The translations under genes were made by a program, and so were the position numbers. A DNA stretch of 42,950 bases, taken from IMG/VR virus record IMGVR_UViG_2870479586_000005. The stretch is one strand, 5' to 3'. Of this stretch, positions 10,802 to 20,645 are shown piece after piece (within the stretch, counting starts at the first letter, position 1; each line of letters starts with the position of its first letter). The stretch comes from a virus. Lineage: Duplodnaviria; Heunggongvirae; Uroviricota; Caudoviricetes. A model generated the notes under the pieces. That model was given only the letters and a program-made list of their open reading frames with translations. It was not told the DNA's origin and did no database searches.

Positions 10802-11477
10802 AATCGTTTACCTGTTTTTGGGTCTACGTGGACATTACCTTTCACGCGACCGCGCAAATCTTTCTCAAAAAAGCCCATAAAAACAGGGCCAATGTTTTCA
10901 AAAATATAATCATCGATAGCATCCTCCAGCGCGTCGTGCACAGGTACGCGAGCCTCTTCGATTCCTCCGCGATCCAGTCGAATCCAGACACTTTTCGCAC
11001 CGTAGCGTTTCGCTACGAATGAATCGGGCCAACTCATCATCGCCAGCCCTGCACTTTTGGGTGTAAAAGTTGCCCCTCTAGCGCCTTTTTTGGTTTTCAA
11101 AAACAGGCCGGTCTCAGGATCGCGAGGCTGTTTTTGCCTCCGTGGATTTTGTAATCGCCCCTTTAGCTCAGATACCCGGAAATCATTCAGACCGTACCAG
11201 AGCTTGGCGCTGCTCAGGTCTCCTGCCCTTCTTTTGTAAAATTACGGCGCTTAATGAACGGCTTGATTCGTTTATCTACGGCCTTATGATTTTTAGCTGC
11301 CAGTGCAGTCAAAATCATTCCTGCTGAAATTCGGTGCATATGTTTTGCAGTTCGGTTCAGCGCCCTGTTGTATACCATTAACATTTGATGTTGCGTCGCG
11401 CTGATTTCGACTCTGAGCTGCTCCAGCGCCGAAACATCGATATCGAACATCTGCGCGTTACTACGTAAATCGGCCAC
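10798..11477 (-). pseudogene. Virion morphogenesis protein; frame interrupted once at a homopolymer
   Basis: The 87-aa ORF (11214-11477) and 100-aa ORF (10798-11100) are linked by an open frame across 11100-11235. That frame reads ..AGDLSSAKLWYGLNDFRVSELKGRLQNPRRQKQPRDPETGLFLKTKKGARG... Adding one base at the T4 run 11232-11235 fuses them. 680 nt + 1 = 227 codons. Confidence 0.5.
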
Positions 11478-11508
11478 GGTTCCCCCTTAAGTGGGACCGA
11501 GGTCCCAC

Positions 11509-11889
11509 TTAGTATTTTGAATACTCGCTGTTTTCGCTGGACGTGTGAGGCTCTAAAAAAATATTCGTGAGCCCTGTGCCATCAGGTTGAGGCTCTTTAA
11601 CCACGTAATCGGTCCAGCCAGACCAGGTAACAGAGCCGTCAGGTTCGATGCTGCGCTGCTTTGGAACCTGGACGACGTCACGCGCAACAACGCCAGCGAC
11701 GTCGTCCGAGAGCGCCGTCAGGCTCGTTACTGTACCGGTAATAAAACCAGCGTGAGGAACGTCAACGCGCGCGTAAGGCTCGTTGAAAATAGCGATAATG
11801 GGGTCGGTTTTACCGCGTAATTTAACGGGCCGTCCCCACTCACGGATCATCTCCTCGTCGCCGGCCCGGAGGTCATCGTAGTAGCTCAT
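11509..11889 (-). CDS. Head-tail joining / head completion protein (putative)
   Basis: 126-aa ORF in the head-to-tail junction block. Assigned by position only. Confidence 0.4.
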   Translation of the reverse strand: MSYYDDLRAGDEEMIREWGRPVKLRGKTDPIIAIFNEPYARVDVPHAGFITGTVTSLTALSDDVAGVVARDVVQVPKQRSIEPDGSVTWSGWTDYVVKEPQPDGTGLTNIFLEPHTSSENSEYSKY

Positions 11890-12305
11890 AGAGCGTAAAC
11901 GTGATCAGCTGCGATAAGGTCTGCGACCTCCGGTGAATCAACAACAATTTCACGGCCTGCGGCAACAATCTCGCGAACGCGACGCCCGTTCACGTAGTGA
12001 TAAACGTCCAGCGTGTTACGCAACTTGACGCGGCGCGTAGCCGGTGCGAGCTCCTGCTCTTGTGACTGTGAAACGATAGCGCTCGCGATTGATTGAGCGA
12101 GTTCATTATCGGTCCCGGACGCAGTATTCACTGTAATCTCGATGCCTCCCGCGTCACCGGATTGCTCGTTCAGAATATCGAGCTCTGACTCAGCGCCGGC
12201 AACGATTGATTCCAGTTCCGCAATAGTCCCGCTGCGCGGTAATTCGCGACCGAGCTGAGCGCTCAGATCGTCAATACGCGCCAGCAATTCTGTTTTTGTG
12301 CTCAT
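11886..12305 (-). CDS. Hypothetical head-module protein
   Basis: 139-aa ORF directly downstream of the major capsid gene. Confidence 0.4.
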   Translation of the reverse strand: MSTKTELLARIDDLSAQLGRELPRSGTIAELESIVAGAESELDILNEQSGDAGGIEITVNTASGTDNELAQSIASAIVSQSQEQELAPATRRVKLRNTLDVYHYVNGRRVREIVAAGREIVVDSPEVADLIAADHVYAL

Positions 12306-12339
12306 GTTGATTCCTTAACAAAAAAGAGCCTTTCGACTC

Positions 12340-13374
12340 TTACGCGATTTTTACGACAACGAACGCGTCGGCGTCCGTGAGGACCATTGCTGGCGCGGAT
12401 TGCGTCATTGTTTGCGTCACTGCCGGATCACCGGTAGTGGTCCAGACTTTTGGATAGCGCGTCGCTTCGGAAATACCCTCTTTCAGCGCGTCTTCGTCCT
12501 GAATTGCGCCATAAGTGCGGAGCCCGCGGTTTTTTGTGTTGCCAAGGATCATCGTGTTATCCGGCATATAACGCGTTTCAGTGTCTGTTACCGGGTCGAG
12601 GTATTGCCCTTTGTAGACAAACAGCGCAGTGTCGCCGTAGTAGCCTTTAAAGCTGACAACGTCGCCCAGGTTTTTCAGCGCGACCTCGAGCTGGCTGTTT
12701 GAGCCACGGCGCGTATCCAGTGCCGTCCAGAATTTTTTAAAACGCTTCAACTGCTTCCAGGCTTTACCATCCATGATGATCACGTTAACAGCACCGGAGG
12801 CGAGGTCTGCATAGGATTCGATATCGTCGCTCGGGTCATACGTTTCCGCGTCCTGCGTAGACCAGGCTGTCGAACCAGACTGAGTGACGTTATTCGTCGC
12901 GCTGCGGCTCATGTCGATCTCATAGGTCTCGATATTGCTGCCGGAAACTGTGTATTTACCGTACAGAACCGCCTGCACAGCCTGAAATTCTTCGAGCTGG
13001 CTGATGCTCAGTTCCTCATCGAGCAAGTTCTGCATGATGATTTTTGCACGACGTTCGACCGGTGTTTCCGGCTGGCCAATCTGCTCTCCGGCGGCGCGCT
13101 TGATGCTCATATTCGGATTGATCGTGTGTTTGGGTTTCGTGTAACCCGGCTTAAAATGGTTAGTTGAATAGCCGCGGGTGCGATCTACTTTGCCGGTGAT
13201 CATCGGCGCGCAATACACCGCCATATTGACCTTACCCGGGATTTTATCCAGAAAAACCTCTTCGCTCGTAAACGTGTAGGTCTCACGGAAAAACAGTCTT
13301 AAAAACAACGAATTGAACTTAAATACCTGCTGTGTCGCGGTAATCAATTCTGACGTAGTAAACGAATCGCTCAT
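12340..13374 (-). CDS. Major capsid protein (lambda gpE family)
   Basis: 344 aa, following the protease and decoration genes in lambda order (B-C-D-E). Confidence 0.8.
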   Translation of the reverse strand: MSDSFTTSELITATQQVFKFNSLFLRLFFRETYTFTSEEVFLDKIPGKVNMAVYCAPMITGKVDRTRGYSTNHFKPGYTKPKHTINPNMSIKRAAGEQIGQPETPVERRAKIIMQNLLDEELSISQLEEFQAVQAVLYGKYTVSGSNIETYEIDMSRSATNNVTQSGSTAWSTQDAETYDPSDDIESYADLASGAVNVIIMDGKAWKQLKRFKKFWTALDTRRGSNSQLEVALKNLGDVVSFKGYYGDTALFVYKGQYLDPVTDTETRYMPDNTMILGNTKNRGLRTYGAIQDEDALKEGISEATRYPKVWTTTGDPAVTQTMTQSAPAMVLTDADAFVVVKIA

Positions 13375-13388
13375 TTATATATCCTGTT

Positions 13389-13411
13389 ATAAAAAAACCG
13401 CCCGGAGGCGG
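13389..13411 (-). terminator. Intrinsic terminator/attenuator-like hairpin between the decoration and capsid genes
   Basis: Minus strand: GCCGCC-TCCG-GGCGG followed by T7 (plus-strand A7 at 13391-13397). Confidence 0.4.
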
Positions 13412-13432
13412 CTTGTTTTGAGTTTTTTGCTA

Positions 13433-13762
13433 TCAGCCGACGCTGATCGGCGTACCCGCAAATGCTGATTTGCGTTTAGCTACGTCGGTAACCGTACCCC
13501 AGTTAATCGCCGTGTAACGGAACGAGCCTGATTTATAGTACGAGCAGTCTGCAGAACTGGAGCCAGTATTAACTGCGGTGGCAGTGAGGCCAATAGCTTT
13601 ACCGACTGAGCCGTCCCAAACCTTAAACGTCCCGACAGTAGCGTCGAGCATAATCGGTGTCAGCCGGGGTACGTTGATCCCGCCCTGAAAATGACCGACG
13701 GTCGTGACAACAAGGTCAGGCCCAAGAATAAAATCGTCCGGGCTATACGTTTCTGTAGTCAT
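13433..13762 (-). CDS. Head decoration protein (lambda gpD-like)
   Basis: 109-aa ORF between the protease and capsid genes. Confidence 0.7.
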   Translation of the reverse strand: MTTETYSPDDFILGPDLVVTTVGHFQGGINVPRLTPIMLDATVGTFKVWDGSVGKAIGLTATAVNTGSSSADCSYYKSGSFRYTAINWGTVTDVAKRKSAFAGTPISVG

Positions 13763-15069
13763 TATTCATCCCCTAAAATTGAACGCCCTGCAGCAACCAG
13801 CATCGAGACGTTTGCGGTTGTTCCTGTTGCCGTAGTACTGCCAGCATCCTGAATAGTCGCTGGTGATTCAGTGCTCATTAGTGTATCGAGCGCCGTTTCT
13901 GTCCGCGCCTGCGCCGTTTTAGGTGCTGCAGCGAGGACTACCTGCGCCTGCCCGACCGTCATCCCGGGGACGCCAGCGAGCGCTTTTGCCTGCGCCTCGC
14001 GCCCAACAGCTTCGGGACAATTGATGATGGCCATCACACGCGCCAGTTCGCTTGATGCGGCGTCCGCGCGAATCTGCTCCGTGTTAAACTCAACCTGCGC
14101 GACAGTAGTCGTGGTCGCGGTTTGTTCTGTGGTCGTGGTCTCCGCCGTGGTTTCTGTACCAGACATAAAGCGCTCCATTTTTGGTTTCAGTGCGTCGGCC
14201 ATCACTGCGATAGCGTCCGCGTAATTAACGAGTTGATCAGCGAGACCAGATTTAATCGCGTCCGCGCCGATAAATACTGCAGCTTCCGTGGCCAGCACCC
14301 TGGATTTTTTCAGCCCGGTATAATCCGAGACTTTTTGCGCGAACTGCTCGCGCGTGCTGTTAATACTCAGCTGGAATTCGTCGCGAACGTCGCCTGGCAG
14401 CTGGGAATACGGGTTCCCGTCAACTTTGTGCGCGCCGGCGTAAATCAGCGTCACGTCGACGCCAGCAATCTCCAGCGCTTTTTCGACGCAGCGGTGAGCC
14501 ATCAGGACACCGATTGAACCAACTGTGCCTGTCTGCGTTATCAGCCGGCGCGAACACGCTGACGCCAGCAAATAGGCAGCGCTGCAGGCCGTATCGCTGG
14601 CCAGCGCCCACACAGGTTTTTGCTCTCGCGCCCGGGCGATTAAATCAGCAGTATCAAACGCGCCGGCGACTTCACCGCCAGGGGAGTCAATATCAAGCAG
14701 GACCCCTCTTACATCGGGATCAGAAATCGCCTGCTGCAGGCGTTTTGCGATTCCGTCGTAACCGCTCATCCCGCTAACTGGGTTGATATAACCCAATTTA
14801 TGAACCAGCGTCCCGGTAACCGGCAGAACGGCTATACCACGCTCCACGCGATACGATTTCTGGCGTGTTCGCTCGCTGCTGTCCCACCCCATCGCGAGCG
14901 CGTTCATTTCGTCGCTGTTCATTACCTCTCCAGACGCTGTATCAATCAGTCGCCCGGTACCGAACCGGTCGCTCAGCGCCGAAAAAAATACCCGCGCGTA
15001 GGTGGGCTCCAGCAAAAGCGGTTGATTGAACGCCCTGGCGGCGAGGTGCGGAAAATTGTTCCACGGCAT
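13762..15069 (-). CDS. Head maturation protease/scaffold (S49 family, lambda gpC-like)
   Basis: 435 aa. The N-terminal SppA/ClpP-like region is followed by a Thr/Ala-rich scaffold-like tail. Follows the portal gene with an overlapping start. Confidence 0.8.
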   Translation of the reverse strand: MPWNNFPHLAARAFNQPLLLEPTYARVFFSALSDRFGTGRLIDTASGEVMNSDEMNALAMGWDSSERTRQKSYRVERGIAVLPVTGTLVHKLGYINPVSGMSGYDGIAKRLQQAISDPDVRGVLLDIDSPGGEVAGAFDTADLIARAREQKPVWALASDTACSAAYLLASACSRRLITQTGTVGSIGVLMAHRCVEKALEIAGVDVTLIYAGAHKVDGNPYSQLPGDVRDEFQLSINSTREQFAQKVSDYTGLKKSRVLATEAAVFIGADAIKSGLADQLVNYADAIAVMADALKPKMERFMSGTETTAETTTTEQTATTTTVAQVEFNTEQIRADAASSELARVMAIINCPEAVGREAQAKALAGVPGMTVGQAQVVLAAAPKTAQARTETALDTLMSTESPATIQDAGSTTATGTTANVSMLVAAGRSILGDE

Positions 15070-16643
15070 CAGTTACCTCCCCAGCCGTTATCGTTGGTAT
15101 TTGAGGGGTGAGATACAGACCATGACGGTTCGCTCAGCCCCATTTCACGCCGGCGCTGAATTTCGTATTCCTGCTGCTCCATAACCTCCTCGTAATCCTG
15201 TCCCTGCAGCGCCAGTTCGTTCTGATACGTGCTGAGGCCAGTTGTGATGCGCATGGCGCTCTCCTGAACCTCTTTCAGCCCATCAATCGCCATGCGACCA
15301 GCGCCGATCCAGAGCGCGTTCGTCCAGGAGTTCCGCGCCTCATAAAACGACCGGACAGCTGAGCGTGGCAGGGTGATAATTCCGCGTGCCAGCGCCTCTT
15401 CAAACCAGCAGCAGAACATCAGCGACGCCTGTCGCGCGGCGATAAAACGTCGACGCCCCATGAAAAATCGCCAGCTGACGTTAGCACTGGCCCGGGCGCT
15501 GGAGTAACTGACCTGGCTGTAGTCCCGGCTAAGTTCTTCGTATGACGCGCCAACGCCAGCTGCAACGTAACGCAGGAGTGATTTTTCCAGTGAACTAAAA
15601 CCAGCATCAGCATTCTGAGCGGTCTGTAAACTGAGTTTGTCGCCGGGATGCAGGTGGGGAACTTTCACACCACCGAGCTTGATATTTGCGCCGTTGTAGT
15701 ACGTCACGTAACTCTGAATAAACGAATTCAGCGGGTTCGAGTCGATATCAGTACCCGCGCCGGCGATATATTCAAACGCCTGCTGGCTGTCGAGCTCTGA
15801 TTCGATTGTCGCGGCATACATCGCCTTCACAATGGCGCTCTGCAGTTGTGTTTGCTGCAGTGTGTCGAGCATTTTCAGGCGCTCCATGACGCTGTAAAAA
15901 ATATTGTCCCCGCGGGTCTGTCCGTCCTCGAGCGGCTCGAATATGTGGATGAATGCGTGTCTGCCGCTGCTGAGCTGTGCTGGGATACGCCGGCATTTAC
16001 CGACTCCGCCGAGAGGGTAAGTATCCTCGGCTATCCAGTACCCGACCGCGGCCCCGTTTTTATCGATATCAACACCGGCGCGGCGAAATTGAGTGTCAGC
16101 TGCGTAACCCGGATTTCGAATCCGTTTCGGTGAGACCATTTTGAATCGCGTCCGAAAAACGCTGCCGGCACTACTCTCCCATACTGGTTGTACGCAGGTT
16201 TCACCGTTGAAAGCGTGAGTAGCCACGCCCTCGCGGATCATCATTGTGAACGTCCGTTTCCGCTCGATATCAATCGTGCAGTGAGGGTCCTCGGCGTATT
16301 CAGTCCACGCTACCTCGACGTCACGCGCCAGCGCCCTGGCGTCCTCGCGAGATATGCCGAGGTAACGCCAGTTAGGGCGATAACTCAACTTAAACAGATT
16401 GCCGACGATATGATCCTGGTGCAGCTGCACGGCGTTCGACGCGACGCCGTTATTGCGAACGAGATCGTCTGCTCGCGCGTTACCGCGATAAAAATTCGGC
16501 AACAGTGCTGCGTCGGCGCTCTGCTGTGGTGCGTTCCAGTCAATCAGCTGGCCACCGAAACCGGGACCGCCGCCGTTATACCCCGCGTAACGGCGTAGTG
16601 GCGTTTTACCGTCAGGCCCGAGCAGCTGCTGCGGAGCAGTCAT
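15069..16643 (-). CDS. Portal protein (lambda gpB family)
   Basis: 524 aa, between the gpW-like gene and the protease. Confidence 0.85.
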   Translation of the reverse strand: MTAPQQLLGPDGKTPLRRYAGYNGGGPGFGGQLIDWNAPQQSADAALLPNFYRGNARADDLVRNNGVASNAVQLHQDHIVGNLFKLSYRPNWRYLGISREDARALARDVEVAWTEYAEDPHCTIDIERKRTFTMMIREGVATHAFNGETCVQPVWESSAGSVFRTRFKMVSPKRIRNPGYAADTQFRRAGVDIDKNGAAVGYWIAEDTYPLGGVGKCRRIPAQLSSGRHAFIHIFEPLEDGQTRGDNIFYSVMERLKMLDTLQQTQLQSAIVKAMYAATIESELDSQQAFEYIAGAGTDIDSNPLNSFIQSYVTYYNGANIKLGGVKVPHLHPGDKLSLQTAQNADAGFSSLEKSLLRYVAAGVGASYEELSRDYSQVSYSSARASANVSWRFFMGRRRFIAARQASLMFCCWFEEALARGIITLPRSAVRSFYEARNSWTNALWIGAGRMAIDGLKEVQESAMRITTGLSTYQNELALQGQDYEEVMEQQEYEIQRRREMGLSEPSWSVSHPSNTNDNGWGGN

Positions 16644-16873
16644 AATCGAACTCCCACGGGCCGACGGCGTCCCGTACTCAGACCGAGCTGTGATTTCAGC
16701 TCGATAATGTACGTTCGGAGCTGCTCAATACTCGCCTGCGAGTATTGATAGCTCCGGTTATTTCCTGCTGAATCGCCGTGAGACAGCGACACGGTCGATT
16801 TACCCGTTAATAATTTGTGCAGAGCGATTTCCGCTTCCAGCAGTCGTTCTGTTAAAACCTCGCGCGACGTCAT
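16640..16873 (-). CDS. Head-tail connector (lambda gpW-like)
   Basis: 77 aa. The pattern ..ALHKLLTGKS...IEQLRTYIIELKSQLG..RRRP resembles lambda gpW. Confidence 0.7.
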   Translation of the reverse strand: MTSREVLTERLLEAEIALHKLLTGKSTVSLSHGDSAGNNRSYQYSQASIEQLRTYIIELKSQLGLSTGRRRPVGVRL

Positions 16874-18834
16874 TAGCTCCCTCCGAGCATTCTGGCCATC
16901 TCCTCGAGAGACAGTTTGTTTTGTGATTTTTTCCGTTGCTCAGCGAGCGTCTCGAGATTGAGCTGGAAACGAATTTTACTGATACGCAGCGCTGCCAGTC
17001 CGTACACCCAGCAGTCGAGCGCCTCATTTCGCCGGCCCTGGTTGTCCCAACGATAAACGACGCGACCGTTAATGAGTTTCGGGATCAGAACCTCGGAGAC
17101 GAGCTGTTTTGCCTCTGTCGTGCTGAATATTTCGTCGTCGTTGGGAAAATGAATCGCACCTGGTGTCGCCGATTTGGAGTCGGGTTCCAGCTGCAGGCGC
17201 ATTGCGAGCAGGTCTTTCGCTGTATCTGTCCCAATCAACGACAAATACACTTTATTCGCGTTACGGGTACGAGGCATATTTACGACCGGCTGGCCGTATG
17301 AGCTCGCACCCTTGATTGGAATGACCCACAGCGGACCGAGTTTCAGCGAGCGGTTATAAACGACCTGCGCATCTATGCCGCCGGTATCCCACGCCCAGCG
17401 ACTGACGCCGATTGTGGTCCCGTCGCTGCGCCGGTATTGTTTGCGAATCACGCCGTCGACGCGCTGCAGCGTATCCTCCTCGTCGTAGCGACCGAGGACG
17501 ATTGTTTTATCAATCAGCCAGCACTCCTCCTCGGCTCCCCAGCCCCACACGTAACACTCGTAGCGCCCGGACGTCTGAGAGTCGATGCCGCCGGTTATAT
17601 AAACAACACCGTCAGGAACCTGGCTGGCGTATCTTTCCCGGCGATTAACGAGAATATCGTGTTCCAGCTGCTCGCTGGCCACTTCGCTCCAGAGTTCGCC
17701 GAGCGTAGTGTTATGAAACGTTTTTTCTTTGAGTGGTTCGCCCTTCGCTTTCAGCCACTCGCTGACAATCTCGCCCCAGCCGTCGAGATTCAGTGAATAC
17801 AGGGCGTTTATCACGATCGCCGCGTGTTTCGGCGCGCGAACGACGCCACCGTCATGATCAAAAAAATGGATTCCGTCTCGGGTCCAGGTGCAGTCCTCGG
17901 CTATCCAGCGCCCCCCGAGCTCCATTTTTTCGAGATCGCGATAGTAAAAATGCTCCGGGCAGTGGCAGCACTGGTAATACGCGGACGACGATTTCGACTC
18001 GTTGGTCTGCAGGCTGTCATCCCACTTGAGACCGTATTCGATACCGTCGAAACCAAATACCAGGGTCTGCTCCTCGCTACAATGCGGACACTTCAGGTAA
18101 AAACGAAATGTCAGATCAGCAGCGTCTTCCAACATTTCGATATGACTTTTACCGGTGACTGTCGGTGTCGAACCGAAAATCGCCTTCGGGTACGCTGCCC
18201 CTTTAATTCGAACGAGCGCCAGTTCGATGGGCGAGCCCTCGCCTTTGCCTTTTTTGGCAACTTCCAGCGGCCAGCCGTCAACTTCGTCACCCTCGACAAC
18301 CTGTTTCGTTAGTCGCCGGAAATTTCCTGGCGTACTCGCGCCGCGAAAATCAATAATCGCGCCGTTCATTTCTTTACGCTGGAGATTGTTACGCTCGTTG
18401 CTTTTATCCCAGTCGGGGAAAATTTTCTGAATCACCGGCATTTCGGCGATAGCGGGGTCAACCTCATCGGCGACAAATCCATCCGATTCGTCATCGATAG
18501 GCTGATAGACCACGGCACTACGTTTTTTGTGCTCAGCGAAATAGAGCAGCGCCGCGACGAGTATTTTTGTATAACCGAGACGAGCTGATTTGCGAACAGA
18601 CACGATTTTTATCGCGTCGTTAGTCATCATATTGAGCATCACTACCTGGACCGGCTGAGTCGTCCAGTGGCCAGCGATGTGGCTGGAGCCCTCAGGGAGA
18701 TAAAAATATTTATCAGCCCACTTAACCCCCGTCATCGGTATCGTCACGCGCAAGGGATTCAACCCTGTCGAGATCGCGTTCGATATCGCTGACATCGTAA
18801 TCGCTGAAATCGACTCGTATGTCTGCCAGTTCAT
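16873..18834 (-). CDS. Terminase large subunit (lambda gpA-like)
   Basis: GVKWADKYFYLPEGSS parallels lambda gpA AVEWADANYYLPKES. The start is uncertain (18834, 18795 or 18735), and the longer forms overlap the small-subunit gene. Confidence 0.85.
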   Translation of the reverse strand: MNWQTYESISAITMSAISNAISTGLNPLRVTIPMTGVKWADKYFYLPEGSSHIAGHWTTQPVQVVMLNMMTNDAIKIVSVRKSARLGYTKILVAALLYFAEHKKRSAVVYQPIDDESDGFVADEVDPAIAEMPVIQKIFPDWDKSNERNNLQRKEMNGAIIDFRGASTPGNFRRLTKQVVEGDEVDGWPLEVAKKGKGEGSPIELALVRIKGAAYPKAIFGSTPTVTGKSHIEMLEDAADLTFRFYLKCPHCSEEQTLVFGFDGIEYGLKWDDSLQTNESKSSSAYYQCCHCPEHFYYRDLEKMELGGRWIAEDCTWTRDGIHFFDHDGGVVRAPKHAAIVINALYSLNLDGWGEIVSEWLKAKGEPLKEKTFHNTTLGELWSEVASEQLEHDILVNRRERYASQVPDGVVYITGGIDSQTSGRYECYVWGWGAEEECWLIDKTIVLGRYDEEDTLQRVDGVIRKQYRRSDGTTIGVSRWAWDTGGIDAQVVYNRSLKLGPLWVIPIKGASSYGQPVVNMPRTRNANKVYLSLIGTDTAKDLLAMRLQLEPDSKSATPGAIHFPNDDEIFSTTEAKQLVSEVLIPKLINGRVVYRWDNQGRRNEALDCWVYGLAALRISKIRFQLNLETLAEQRKKSQNKLSLEEMARMLGGS

Positions 18835-19288
18835 TCAGGGCTATCGCCAGCTCCTCTCGTAATACACTGCTCGCCTCCTGCGGCATTTCAGGCCACACCT
18901 TTTTCAATCGTGGTGGCCACGACTCGACGCGGGTACGTAATTCAACGGCGACGCGAGATACAGCAACGCTAATTAATTCAATTGGCGCGTAGCGTTTAGC
19001 GAGAATGCGGCGTTTTACTCGTGCCATCAGGATTCGCTCCTGTCGTTCCTCATTTTTCAGCCACTGCTCGCGATTTTTTTCGGGAGAATTGTCCCCCACT
19101 TCCGGTTCGTCAGTACCAATTGTGTCGCGTCTATTACTCCGGAGATAATGAATATAAAAATGGCGCCAGGCATCAAGGTCCCAATCGCCACGTCCCTGTG
19201 GGACTGGAGCTCCCGGAAGTTTTGCGAGATCGCGCAGACGACGATCAGATAGCAGTAAATGTGCTGCGACCTCAGCCTGACTTGCCAT
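18722..19288 (-). CDS. Terminase small subunit (Nu1-like)
   Basis: 188-aa ORF immediately upstream of the large subunit, with an N-terminal HTH-like segment. Confidence 0.6.
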   Translation of the reverse strand: MASQAEVAAHLLLSDRRLRDLAKLPGAPVPQGRGDWDLDAWRHFYIHYLRSNRRDTIGTDEPEVGDNSPEKNREQWLKNEERQERILMARVKRRILAKRYAPIELISVAVSRVAVELRTRVESWPPRLKKVWPEMPQEASSVLREELAIALNELADIRVDFSDYDVSDIERDLDRVESLARDDTDDGG

Positions 19289-19384
19289 TAAAAATCCTCA
19301 CCGGAACCGGAAATACCCAAAATGAAAAAATACTAAAAATGAGTGAGTTTTTGCGCGTCTACCGACCCTCGGTGTTTTGGATTT

Positions 19385-19415
19385 CGGAAAGGACCCGCGA
19401 CCAGGGTGGGCTATC
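19385..19415 (-). other. Candidate cosN region
   Basis: The minus strand reads CCCTGGTCGCGGGTCCTTTCCG about 110 nt upstream of the small-subunit ATG. It shares TCGCGGGT plus a T-rich tail with the lambda left end as I recall it (GGGCGGCGACCTCGCGGGTTTTCGC). Confidence 0.3.
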
Positions 19416-19643
19416 TCCCTTTCAGGACAGGAATCGGGGGCTCGCATCAGGTTCATCAAACTCGACTGTAGCCTCGCGGCGTACTTGTTTGCATACATCA
19501 GCTTTGTGTATCTGATTATCAGCGTAAGCTTTCACTTTGGCAGCGAGCCATCCTTTTGCGCTGTATCGATAGACTACCGAACAAGTTTTCGATATATGTA
19601 TATATCTTGAACTTATTGATATCCTTACAGAAAAACAACAACC

Positions 19644-19904
19644 ATGAGAACGCAAAAAATGAACAGAGAAAAAATTGAAGCCTTAATGAGCGTAATATTA
19701 AAAGAAGCTGACCCAAAAAAGTTTCCTGAGACGTTATCAGAGGACGCCATCGTATCTTTTTATCGTGCGAACTCCTCTTATCTAAATTGTTCAACTTTAA
19801 GAGAATGGCTAAGCGGCGAAGCAGAGCCTTCAGATGAGATACTTCAGAAGATTATGGTTCAGAACAACTGGCGCGCAACAAAATGGTCAAATCAGTTACC
19901 TTAA
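19644..19904 (+). CDS. Opposite-strand 86-aa ORF; possible small XRE-like regulator
   Basis: Lone plus-strand ORF between the lysis and packaging genes. ..CSTLREWLSGEAEPSDEILQKIM.. resembles the second half of an XRE-type HTH. Confidence 0.4.
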   Translation: MRTQKMNREKIEALMSVILKEADPKKFPETLSEDAIVSFYRANSSYLNCSTLREWLSGEAEPSDEILQKIMVQNNWRATKWSNQLP

Positions 19905-19918
19905 TCTGTTGAATGTGT

Positions 19919-19942
19919 GCCGCCTTAAAACAAAAAGGCGGC
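19919..19942. terminator. Hairpin between convergent genes (no U-tract)
   Basis: GCCGCCTT-N8-AAGGCGGC between the 86-aa ORF (plus strand) and the lipoprotein gene (minus strand). Confidence 0.3.
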
Positions 19943-19963
19943 CTCTCGTTAAAGTAAATTACC

Positions 19964-20158
19964 CTATTTTCCACCAAGGCATGAAGCCTCTGCCCCGGTT
20001 GAATCAATACAACCACCGTTCGCAGTAGTAATCTTCGTACCCGGCGCGATCATCACGTGTTTAATACTGCTGCCGTCAGCGCGAGTCGCTTCGGTGTATG
20101 TCGAATGTGTGCAGCCTGCCATCGTGAAGAACGCGACAGCTAAGAGAAGTTTTTTCAC
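19964..20158 (-). CDS. Small lipoprotein at the end of the lysis cassette (o-spanin-like position)
   Basis: 64 aa with signal peptide and lipobox (FFTMAGC). Confidence 0.55.
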   Translation of the reverse strand: MKKLLLAVAFFTMAGCTHSTYTEATRADGSSIKHVMIAPGTKITTANGGCIDSTGAEASCLGGK

Positions 20159-20165
20159 GTTTTAC

Positions 20166-20645
20166 CTACGCTTCTGAGATAGATTTCTCAGCATTCACCA
20201 ATGGAAGTGATTGTGGAACATCCGTTTGACCTGCTGGCCAGCGGTAGCCTGTTACGCGGGAACGAGGAAAAGCTTTGATATTCACTGCGTCTGCCTGGTT
20301 GCCACCCAAAATCATTAAATCCCCGGCGGCATTTTTCCCGACAACAAAGCCAACGTGACCACCGCCAGACCGAGACAGAATAGCAATGCATCCATAGGCG
20401 GGTTCCTTCAGTTCATTACCCCAATCGAGATAAGAATTCGCAGACTCAAAACGCGTTGAGCGAATACCCGCACGTTCCAGCATTGCCCCGGTGAAAGCAG
20501 CGCACCACGGTGTTTCGTCATCCTTAATGCCGCCGCGTTTGATATCTTTCCAGTACTGCACAATTTCCGCAGCATGTTGCTTCCCTTTCATTTCCCGAAT
20601 GCCGAGGTTTTTTCGAGCCTCAATTAGCCATTTAGGATCGGTCAT
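20166..20645 (-). CDS. Endolysin candidate (NlpC/P60- or CHAP-like cysteine peptidase type)
   Basis: 159 aa in the lysis position. ..ETPWCAAF.. followed by ..GGGHVGFVV.. suggests a Cys/His catalytic pair. Confidence 0.65.
   Translation of the reverse strand: MTDPKWLIEARKNLGIREMKGKQHAAEIVQYWKDIKRGGIKDDETPWCAAFTGAMLERAGIRSTRFESANSYLDWGNELKEPAYGCIAILSRSGGGHVGFVVGKNAAGDLMILGGNQADAVNIKAFPRSRVTGYRWPAGQTDVPQSLPLVNAEKSISEA

Noticed and set aside
12400-18430. Numerous antisense or overlapping track ORFs inside the head and packaging genes (for example 14122-14517, 15846-16133, 16188-16598, 17437-17796, 17824-18312). The same applies inside other long genes (for example 38801-39251, 40298-40720, 40717-41175).
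   Set aside because: They lie wholly within longer ORFs that have clear phage-protein character, they lack RBSs, and their Arg/Ser/Cys-rich composition is typical of antisense frames in GC-balanced DNA.
16873-18834. The 74-113-nt overlap between the terminase small- and large-subunit ORFs, considered as another frameshift or fusion.
   Set aside because: Both ORFs are complete in their own frames. The overlap disappears if the large subunit starts at the ATG at 18735. There is no evidence for a break, so only the start is flagged as uncertain.
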